DNA of 64,000 nt. Source: Ylistrum balloti. Taxonomy: Eukaryota. The position numbers were made by a program, and so were the translations under genes. The notes beneath the pieces were generated by a model, which saw only the letters and a list, made by a program, of their open reading frames with translations, had not been told where the DNA came from and did no database searches. Position 1 is the stretch's first letter; each line of letters begins with the position of its first letter. Positions 37,888 to 48,075 of this stretch are shown here, piece by piece. The DNA lies in assembly GCF_031769215.1 (NCBI RefSeq), contig NW_026781945.1, positions 744,001-808,000 of the forward strand. The letters run 5' to 3'.

Positions 37888-39159
37888 TTATAAAGCTATG
37901 ACTTTCTCTCGCTCGATCTGTATTGTTATTATCAACTCGCGGCGATATTGACGGTTTATATCACTGTAAGATGGTGGAGAGACAGTTTGAACGAAACAAA
38001 ATCATTTTCACTATTTCATTATGTTTTAAATATGACAGAGAAAGAGTTGAATCATTCTTTCACTATATCGATATGATATATTAATGCTACATAAAAATAT
38101 TTTCACTGCCATCTGCCTCTGTTAATTTGCCATACAATTTTCCTTTGAAGCTGAAATTTTCATATTTCATATTCATGGGAGCAACATAAGTGATGTTTTC
38201 GTTGAATATAATTTAATTAGTAAGTAATAAGACGTTTTTTTTCCCATGCATTAGATATGGATAACCTGCGTTGACTGTTTTAATGCCAACTACAAATATT
38301 AGACAGCTATTTTTAGAAATGTGTTTGTAACTATGATATACAAATGCAAGAGAGTTAACACGAATATCACTTCAATTAACATATATGTCTTTTTCACTAA
38401 TAGACATCAACGGTCCTGTGCTCTTTTCATGATTTGCGTGTTCAGTGGTACTTGTTTTTACTATCTGTTTTCGTTACTGTTAAAGTTGCTTATCAAAGCT
38501 TTCCAAATACAGATTATAAATCTAGATGCAGTATCATGAAATATAAAATGGGATAATCGTATTATTTTAAGTGATCCTAAAAATCTAGAAATACCAAATA
38601 TGAAGTACTACTGTACTATATATAGCATAACCTTGTGCTTGATGGAATTGCCTATATACAATACATAAACAACCCAGGTTCGACATATATACATGGCTCA
38701 CACTGTACCATCACTACAGTTCAATATATCAGAAACACGATACACATCGCGTGATACAATGAAGAAAGAATTTTATCGCCAGTCACACACTGAAAGTTGG
38801 CATCATACGATAGCAACCATACCATAGCATAGCTGATCATCATAGTTTAGCCCTTCTAATAGAGATAAGGTAATGTTTTGTTGATGTAGCAGTCGAAAGA
38901 GAATCAGGAGTTTTAAAGAATTTCTTATGCTTAAAGGTATATTTATTTATCAAAACATTTGCATATTTCCAATATGTCCCTTGTATTTCGTTTAGTCCTA
39001 CAAGAATGACATATCATGTTTATCTTTCATCGACGTGTCATTCATATGATGAATAGGTTAGCAAGTATGAACCTCCACTTAAGGTTTTTGACTTTTATTT
39101 CGAGCGATTGGATCTTCCTCAATCGTCTCCTAAGTTACAACAGTTTAGGCCCCTTTTAA

Positions 39160-39429
39160 CACCACCGAGTTGTCCTAGAAGGACGCAACAGCTGTATGAT
39201 GTAGTATCACTGACAAGTCCTAGAAGGACGAAACAGCTGTGTGATGCAGCATCACTGACGAGTCCTAGAAGGACAAAACAGCTGTGTGATGCAGCATCAC
39301 TGACAAGTCCTAGCATTACAAAACAGCTGTATGATGTATTCTCACTGACAAGTCCTAGAAGGACGAAACAGCTGTATGATGTAGTATCACTGACAAGTCC
39401 TAGAAGGACGAAACAGCTGTATGGTGCAG
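39160..39429 (+). ncRNA. Tandem array of six 45-bp minimal type I hammerhead-like units (array B), cores mostly mutated
   Basis: Unit TATCA-CTGACAA-GTCC-TAGAA-GGAC-GAAA-CAGCTG-TA-TGATG. Four units have G8->A; the one CTGACGA unit has AAAA instead of GAAA and a GUG site. Confidence 0.85.
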
Positions 39430-41486
39430 TTGAATTCATCACTTGTCTCTGCCTTATCCTTTCCTTAATTTCAATCGAAAGGTGCTGGTAACTTTTGTTT
39501 GTCTTTGTATAATCTCAGAAAGAAAGTGTTCTACGGAATCGGAAGTAGCAGATAACGATCTATACTGGTCAAAAGGAAATTAACAGTGGTGAAACCAACA
39601 ATGCAAGTCATAACTGATTGATTGTCGGATATAGCTTCGCCATAGACTAAGAGACCAGAAAAGAAACATATCCATAGTAACACAAATATTACCAGAGGAA
39701 CTCTTTGATAAAATAAGTGCACATTATCGTCATTAATGATGTATATACCGAATGTCAGTATGTTAAGATCAAAAGGAAAAATAAATAGTGATACAGAACT
39801 AGTAAGTCAATGTAACACAAAGTTTAGAAAATATAATGTCACTTTGATCAAATTAAGTGGACTTCAACAGAAGGTAGACCTAGATACATTTTGTTCTTTC
39901 AAAATTTAGAATAAATCTCAATAAAAAATCGAAGTCGATAAACATATTTTATTGCAATGTGAGATAATTCTGTTAGATTTCTAGTCACCAAGTCCGGCGT
40001 GTATTAACTTGGTTCTCCTTTTTGAGAGAGAGAGATAGATTACTTCTGTGGGCATTACTGGTATCAGCAATATTGCAGAAGACGCTTACACTTCCGGAAC
40101 ACATATCGTCTTTTGGGTTTTTCAATGATATTAATGTAGATCTTTTACTTGTTCAGGTTTGGCTTCCGTTTATCGATTTGGAGAAAGAAAATTCGAAATG
40201 TGAATGTGGAGCTGCAGAATTACGATTTTGGTGACGTGTTGGTATCTTTGACGCATGCTAAAAATTCATATCTAAATACAGCATGTACTGGCACTACTGA
40301 CATAGAAAACATTAACAAAATTGGCACAAAAGAGGAAACATTGTGAACATAAAGTATATACAGATATATAAACCAATAACATCTGAAGAAGAATATAGAC
40401 ACAGGCTTCACAAACTATGACTGAATAGAATTAATCTACTAAGCTAAATTGAAATATGTTGTTATAATGGTTAACCAGTAAGCACATCATAGTCCTACCA
40501 ATAAAATCTACTGGTCCCTTCCCCTCTCTCCTTCTCCGCAAAGTTATATATACTTACATTTTCCATGACCCGCTTCCAAAATGGTCAGTACAACAACAAA
40601 GCTCACAAGTATGTCCATCTCTTGTCATAAGGCGCTCGACATGGTACTACACTATACTACGTACATAAAACACTATGAACATTACATAAGCCTTGCTTCA
40701 TAGGGCCATGTTTAGTGTTCCCAGATCGATAGCAAGTCTTTAGTGAGCGGTGCAGTCCCTCTAGATAGTCAATACATTGATTAGTATCGAGAGCCCCACT
40801 CCATATCCCGTGATGGTGTTACTGTATCGATCCGGAAAACACTGACGCAGCTTCCAGCTTGTGCAGAATCAAAGTCGGCTACTGTTCGCCTAATAATTTT
40901 ATTTGACGCTTTCAATCACATTTAATCATAGATATTTGGTGCATTCTGTATTGATTTTATTTCCTTTTTGTTGGAGGAATGAATTCTGGTGGTTTTCTTT
41001 CCGTTGGTAGAACACATCTTTTGCCTGCCTAGTACTGTTCAGTTATAAGATGATAGTACAAACATCTGTCATCAAGTCTTCTTTCTATCGTTATTTTCAC
41101 GACTTTGGTATAAACTTTGATCATTAGCTAAGTTTGAGATATTTCGTAATATCACTTTTTGATATAAAATGTCGAATTCGAAAGTTTTATTAATTGCAGT
41201 ATCTCGACTCCTTCCGTTTATGGTCCAGATTCAAAACTGATTCTCAAAGTTTTGACAGAATTTTCATTTCATCCCTGAAAACAAGACCCTTCGTGCTCGT
41301 TGAAAACCAACAACAATGATTTCTCTCTATAAGCGTCGCCCAAGTTCGAGAGTCTTGTTTGGTTCCAAGGACTAGTGCTCCTATATTGATTCAAGTCCTG
41401 GTATACTCTGTGAAAGTTGTTTTTTCACGACAGTTCAAATTTTCCAAATTTTGCCATTTAAAAGCAGAATTGATATATTTTTCATT

Positions 41487-41677
41487 NNNNNNNNNNNNNN
41501 NNNNNNNNNNNNNNNNNNNNNNNNNNNNNNNNNNNNNNNNNNNNNNNNNNNNNNNNNNNNNNNNNNNNNNNNNNNNNNNNNNNNNNNNNNNNNNNNNNNN
41601 NNNNNNNNNNNNNNNNNNNNNNNNNNNNNNNNNNNNNNNNNNNNNNNNNNNNNNNNNNNNNNNNNNNNNNNNNNNNN
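41487..41677. other. Assembly gap (191 N)
   Basis: Run of N. Confidence 1.
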
Positions 41678-41705
41678 ACAAATTGTCTTTATTGTGCAAA
41701 AACGG

Positions 41706-41859
41706 CTTGTATAAAATTTTCTCAAGGAACAGGAGGAAGTCAACGGCTAGGATGTCCTGAAATTCCTTGAGGAATTTTCATACAGGATATTTTCGATGAG
41801 ATATTAGCTGAGGAAAATCTCGACTTGAGGAAATCTCAAGTTGAGATGTTTTATACAAG
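41706..41859. mobile_element. Small foldback/MITE-like element
   Basis: Imperfect ~20-bp terminal inverted repeats (CTTGTATAAAATTTTCTCAA / TTGAGATGTTTTATACAAG) and an internal 11-bp hairpin at 41819-41845. Confidence 0.55.
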
Positions 41860-41985
41860 TGGGGCCAGATATATCAAAATTATGAAATTGATTGAATAAT
41901 TTGGCTAGTTCACTATTTAGATTGTGACATCACTTTCGATCAATTTGCCTCAGTTGCCTCCTTGGATTCAAAATGTATGCCCTTA

Positions 41986-42443
41986 GCATCACCGACGCGT
42001 CCCAGAAGGACAAAACAGTTGTATGATGTTTTATCACTGACAAGTCCAAGCAGGACAAAACAGCTGCATGGTGTATATAGCATCACCGACGAGTCCTAGA
42101 AGGATGAAATAGCTGTATGATATATATAGCATCACTGACGAGTCCTAGCAGAACAAAACAGCTGTATGATATGTTATCACTGACGAGTCCTAGCAGGACG
42201 AAACAGCTGTCTGATGTAGTATCATTGACGAGTCCTGGCAGGACGAAACATCTGTATTGAACGACGCTTTTCACTTGTGTGTCTTTTGTACAATCTGACG
42301 AGTCCTAGAAGGACGAAACAGCTGTCTGATGTAGTATCATTGACGAGTCCTGGCAGGACGAAACATCTGTATTGAACGACGCTTTTCACTTGTGTGTTGT
42401 ACAATCTGACGAGTCCTAGAAAGACGAAACAGCTGTATGATGC
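41986..42443 (+). ncRNA. Tandem array of nine minimal type I hammerhead units (array C), including intact cores
   Basis: Same monomer as array B. CTGACGA...GAAA intact at 42180, 42295 and 42406; a ~30-nt non-ribozyme spacer occurs twice. Confidence 0.88.
42175..42216 (+). ncRNA. Canonical minimal type I hammerhead ribozyme (predicted cleavage 3' of C42211)
   Basis: Stem I TATCA/TGATG; core CTGACGA 42180-42186; stem II GTCC-TAGCA-GGAC; GAAA 42200-42203; palindromic stem III ACAGCTGT; GUC triplet. Confidence 0.88.
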
Positions 42444-42880
42444 TGTATAATTCTATCATTTGTCTCTATATATTTTTCTAAATTTGTCATGAACGACGCT
42501 TTTCACTTGTGTGTCTTTTGTACAATCTTTATACAGGTACGGTTGTCTTATTACAACTCTATTTCTACAATGAGGCAATTATTGCAGTTTACAGTAGACG
42601 AAATAAATGCAACAAATCACTACAACTACGGATTCACTTACACGGTATTCAAACTATTTTGAAGCTGGACATGTAGGTCTGTGAAGATTAGGCCTCATTG
42701 TAAATCTACACTTGATTTAACTCTCCACTCGTGACCTATCACGGAAGAAAATTATTCTTACTATTTAGACAGAGCATTATCAGCCAGTCCATCCTTTGGG
42801 TATCAGGTACTCGACACTTTCTAAAACGTACCAAGGAAATCGTATTTCCATGAAAGCCCATGGATACATAAAGGTATGCT

Positions 42881-43622
42881 CTATTATCTTTGTTATGACA
42901 AGAAGATTATCTCATACAGAAAGCCATTATCTTTGTTATGACAAGAAGATTATCTCATACAGAAAACCATTATCTTTGTTATGACAAGAAGATTATCTCA
43001 TACAGAAAGCCATTATCTTTGTTATGACAAGAAGATTATCTCATACAGAAAGCCATTATCTTTGTTATGACAAGAAGATTACTCATACAGAAAGCCATTA
43101 TCTTTGTTATGACAAGAAGATTATCTCATACAGAAAACCATTATCTTTGTTATGACAAGAAGATTATCTCATACAGAAAGACATTATCTTTGTTATGACA
43201 AGAAGATTATCTCATACAGAAAGCCATTATCTTTGTTATGACAAGAAGATTATCTCATACAGAAAGCCATTATCTTTGTTATGACAAGAAGATTATCTCA
43301 TACAGAAAGCCATTATCTTTGTTATGACAAGAAGATTATCTCATACAGAAAACCATTATCTTTGTTATGACAAGAAGATTATCTCATACAGAAAGACATT
43401 ATCTTTGTTATGACAAGAAGATTATCTCATACAGAAAGCCATTATCTTTGTTATGACAAGAAGATTATCTCATACAGAAAGCCATTATCTTTGTTATGAC
43501 AAGAAGATTATCTCATACAGAAAGACATTATCTTTGTTATGACAAGAAGATTATCTCATACAGAAAGCCATTATCTTTGTTATGACAAGAAGATTATCTC
43601 ATACAGAAAACCATTATCTTTG
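42881..43622. repeat. 43-bp minisatellite, ~17 highly homogeneous units
   Basis: Unit CCATTATCTTTGTTATGACAAGAAGATTATCTCATACAGAAAG. Confidence 0.97.
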
Positions 43623-44348
43623 AAAGGGAAATGATCTGATTCCATGCCCGGTCAACGTTTAAAGTTTATGTATATCAACAGTCTTCATTCTAATTCAATT
43701 CCGCGAAACCATAGGAACAAATGGAGACCTTGAAAAAGTACAAGAATAGCAATATAAGGTGTTCCAAAAGGTTAGGCGTTTTCTGCTTCATCGATGAAAC
43801 TAGTCATCTAAATCTTGGTCAATCAAACCACAGGCAGTTGGTTCACTGATCAAAAATAGTACACACATATCTCTTATATTAAACAAACATGCTATTTTTT
43901 CATCAGCCAGCTAAGAGTCAGTGATCCAAGTTAGTAATTTCAAGCCCTCAGATTTAAAACTAACTTAACAACATAGGACTACCAGGAATACTGACGAGCA
44001 TCAAATATGTCAAAATTCATATCACGCAAGGAAATACAGAAAACAGACTAAATGACACGGGACCATAAAAGAGGCTAGCTCATTGTCTCCGAATGTGTTG
44101 ACGCCTCTAGATTCTACACGCAGAAAAGTGCTAGAGCTTTACAAGCTGGGGAACTTCGCAATTGTCATAATATTGTGGAACATCAGTATTTCAACAAACA
44201 TTCAATTTATCAATTTAACACAACACAGATACAGTTTACTTTCTTTCCTTTAATTCTTGATATACTTTACAATTATGTTGTCAGAAATGTCCTTTAGCTG
44301 TTTAACTGATACAAAGTGATACGAAAGGAAGATAGAATATATCTGGTT

Positions 44349-45083
44349 TCATGGAGTCAGTTTTTCAAGTAAATGGCCACGACTAGAGAGAAATTTCAGC
44401 AGGTCAGCAAACGACATCCGGGTAGCATAACGTCGGTCCAAAGGATGGAAACTGAGAAGCTTTTCTTCGCAGCAGACCGAGTGTGTAGCTGCAGCTCTAA
44501 CTTGACCGTCCGTGTCTTTCGGTAACGCTAACGGAGTAACCTCCCCTGAACAAACACCCAGAATCCGCGAAAGCTCAGAAGAGGAAGCAAAGGAAAAGTT
44601 TCTGTATGCTTTTAGTTTTTGTTTTAAAGATTTCAAATCAACGACTTCTTCTTCGTGACAGATTACCAAGTAGAAGCGTCCTTTCCTGTCTTTAAGAAAT
44701 AAGTTCTTGCAATAGACGGTTTCGTCATCTGGCTGTCTATCTTCCTTTGGTACATACTTGACGCTCTCTGTTGAAATCTCTAATTCTTGAAGGGTTTCAA
44801 AAAGTTGCAATGATCTGTTGTTCAGATCCGGTGGCAGTATGTCTGGTTTTGCTAATGGATTAACGTCCGCAGTAACTTTATGTCCGTTTTCCAGAAGAAT
44901 TTGAGAATTTGGAATTGTTTTGAAAACTTGAAAATCTGACCTTGGAAATAAATATGAAAGAAAGAAACCCCCAGCATCTCCCTCCCCGAGCCCCAACCCC
45001 CGGGCCCCATCGCGGGCCCTTTTCTCGTAGGTCGCCATTTTGATGGTTTTGACGTGGCCACCTGCAAACATCTTCACATCCAT
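44349..45083 (-). CDS. PRORSD1: PrdX/ProX (YbaK-superfamily) aminoacyl-tRNA deacylase domain protein, intronless 244-aa ORF
   Basis: KNLFLKDRKG, FASSSEL, GEVTPLAL, FHPL, FLSSRGH match the ProX/PrdX pattern. The start codon is uncertain; there is a ~90-aa N-terminal extension. Confidence 0.82.
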   Translation of the reverse strand: MDVKMFAGGHVKTIKMATYEKRARDGARGLGLGEGDAGGFFLSYLFPRSDFQVFKTIPNSQILLENGHKVTADVNPLAKPDILPPDLNNRSLQLFETLQELEISTESVKYVPKEDRQPDDETVYCKNLFLKDRKGRFYLVICHEEEVVDLKSLKQKLKAYRNFSFASSSELSRILGVCSGEVTPLALPKDTDGQVRAAATHSVCCEEKLLSFHPLDRRYATRMSFADLLKFLSSRGHLLEKLTP

Positions 45084-46645
45084 CTGTACAGCAACTTTTT
45101 GTTGAGATGTTCCTCGCTCTGAAACGGAACCTGGTTTTTTTCAGAAGAGCCACACCTCCGTCTTTTCCGCATGATCTCCCATCACGCGTATCCTATGATC
45201 ATGGTTTCTGGGCACATACATGTATGCACTTGCATTGCCCTTGGCCATGAGCATTGATGAGCGTCCACACTTATCCCATATCTATATCAACTGCAGCAAA
45301 GCAATCGAAATGCACGTGTATTTGAAACACGTGCATTCTAACATGGCTTGCTAGACGTGTATGCATATCATTCATTACTCAGTGGCATCAAATCGATGCC
45401 ACTATTCATCGACATGTTCGTCCTCTGTCATATCGTGCTTCAGGGATCAATCTCCTTGACCCACCATATTAACTTCATATCGTCCATGCGGTCCATTAGT
45501 TTCTCCTTAAAGCATCATTTTCCTTGTCTTCAAACCTTCATGATTCCTGCAGAGAAAAAAAAAGAAATTTCAGTAAGTTCCATTAATGCTACACATGTGT
45601 GCATATATTTGGAAATATTTTGCGCTGATATTTAGATTAAAGGCTGCAAGTCTTTGTTCAATATTGCGGAGTTGCAGCACAATACAGGCAAACACCAATC
45701 GGAGATTGTATACCTAGGTACCATTTCTCTCCCCTCGACCGTGTTGATGAAAGTGTTGTAACATGATTAAATTTTAAAACGGCTTGCCATATAATACACT
45801 TGAGCCGCGTAACCTTACCATTAGACAGGGACACGTGTAGATCTGTAATCTCTCTGTTTATCACGAACAGTTACCGCATTGATGTCCGCATAAAAAACAA
45901 TACAATATCTCCAACTGATTTTATCATACACTTATTCACGGTATTATTTTTGTGTTTGCTGTTTATCCATCATGTGCTATTCGCATTGTTGGTTGTTTAT
46001 ATACATACATATATAAATACACTAGTATCTATAAAATGAAATCGATAAATGTAGTTCAGATTTTAATTAAATATTATTTATATTTCCAACAGAGAGTATA
46101 ATATGTTCCAAAATACATTTTCGTATACAATCTACATTCATAGGAAATCGCTAAATCAGATGCTTGGAGGTTCAGTAAAAAAAAGGTTAAACATGTCTGT
46201 GTCTAATCGGTGAAACTACACAAGTATACGTTACTGTTACAATTTGACAAACCTTTCATTTAGCTCAGAAATCAGTTCAGCACATGATTAACGGTGATAT
46301 GCCCGGTAAGAAATGGCAGTTTGATCACCAACAACAACCTTAAATAGAAACCCAAATTTATTTTTAGCACATTCTGCAATAGAATGTGAGGTATGCTTAT
46401 GTAGTCGATAATAAATCCACAATTACAATTCTTCAAAAAACGAATCATGAACAATTAAGTCATTTTGAATAATCATATCTACTTAATTTATATATTGTTT
46501 TCTTGTTATATGTACTATCTTTTCGTTTTGATATAATTGTTTTGTTTTCTTTTTTATCGACTACATGCTCCTGAGTTGTTTCACTGCATTGCATCACCTT
46601 GAGGAGCCGCATATTTTTAGAGTCCGTAATATATAACAACTCCTT

Positions 46646-46655
46646 ACCGGAAGTG
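46646..46655. promoter_or_regulatory. ETS/GABP-type motif ACCGGAAGTG in the interval between divergent genes
   Basis: Single perfect motif between PRORSD1 (-) and BDP1 (+); overlaps a minus-strand CCG|GTAAGG donor. Confidence 0.3.
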
Positions 46656-48075
46656 AAGCATTTGACCACCATGGACGACACATGAGAAACACGAGATATT
46701 GAAGGATGCCGCAGACTATTTGAAATAATATTCTTGAATCATTTCTGTGGTTTCTATGCTTTTCTTACCATGAAATGGAACCACGTTCTTATCTACACAT
46801 GGTGTATAGATAACACAGCTTTCTAGAACAGTGAGTTAAGCTGGAAACTCTGTGCCATATTGAACTCTGATGCTGTACTGATATACAGTACGGTACAGGT
46901 GTACGATCCAGTGTCAATCTGTTGGTTTTGTCGTTGTCTATTTGAACACAAAACTGGTATATACTTTGTATCAGTTAAATATATGCCACCCAGAGTGTTA
47001 TACAATATTTACAGGACAATTACACGATTACTTTCATAATTCTACTGCAACAATGTTAAAGATTTATAAGGCAATAGACGCACTGTAAGGTAGTCAGCAC
47101 AACAACGTCAGATCATTGATCAGGCATCCTGTGTCATAGAAGTAACTTAATGTCTGATATTAAACCATGTAGATAATGTATTTTGTTCCAAATGTATTAT
47201 CTAGTATAGGCATTTGAGGGGTAGTATTTTGAGTAATCATCTAGTCATATGTATGATCATTTGAAGTAGAAACATTTTAAACATTTGCAACGAAGAAAGG
47301 ATTCTTTTTTTTTACTTGAATGTCCCAATATAAAATGCAACATTGTACATTTATGCACGCCTATGACATTTGTACTAGATGATCTCGATGATTATACACC
47401 GAGAACAAATTCAGTGATATGAATTGTCATTTTAGGACAAAGTTCAGCAATAGAAATCAACATTTCTTGTGCAGATATTTACAGACTTACATTGGCTATT
47501 AGGTCATGTTAAACAGATGCCACCCTTTTTGTTACAGATGTTTTAGAGAATTTAATATGTTTCTATTTCAAGTGATCTGGCTTTTCAGTAACTAACTGAT
47601 TACACCAAGCAGTAACTATCCCTCAAATGCGGGACTATTACCCATATGTGGGGTTCCATCCAGTCTGATAAAAAAATATGCTGGTTCATTAATAAGGTTT
47701 CCAAGTGACCCCAACTGTTCATGATAGTTCTTGTCTACATATAGATGAAGGAAGTCTGTTTGGGTTTTGACAAGGTTATTGATTTGTTGTCCATATCAAA
47801 ACCAAAGGGAACTTAACAATAATTCATTTTAGCACAGGTGTTTGTATGGATGAGTGTAATAGCCTGTTGTCTCCACCAAAAATGTACAGCTTATAAACAA
47901 AAATTAACGCAAAAAAGTTAGATTTGTTGGAAAATGAAAAAAATTGTTTGATTTTTATTTTCATGATTATTTTAAGATGTTACCCACATGATAGGCACTC
48001 TCAGTGTACATGTTACACACATGGTTGTGATTCAAATTTATTTATAATTTCAGAATTGAGGTCTTCGTATTAAAG

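Noticed and set aside
38640-38830. Possible decayed paralog of the six-Cys membrane gene (MCIVFLIY*TVVMVQCEPCIY...)
   Set aside because: The similarity is too short and compositional, and needs two stop repairs.
39108-39491. ORFs with 15-aa repeats on both strands (also 42083-42404)
   Set aside because: By-products of a 45-bp stop-free repeat; conservation follows RNA structure, not codons.
39531-40618. Possible minus-strand gene: signal-peptide exon 40618-40558 plus hydrophobic ORF 39531-39722
   Set aside because: I could not join them through an open middle exon; left uncalled.
41359-41760. ORFs spanning the N run
   Set aside because: Artefacts of translating across an assembly gap.
42881-43622. 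Minus strand of the 43-bp repeat has CTGTATGAG and a small hairpin
   Set aside because: The core has an extra base and there is no GAAA or cleavage-site geometry; not a hammerhead.
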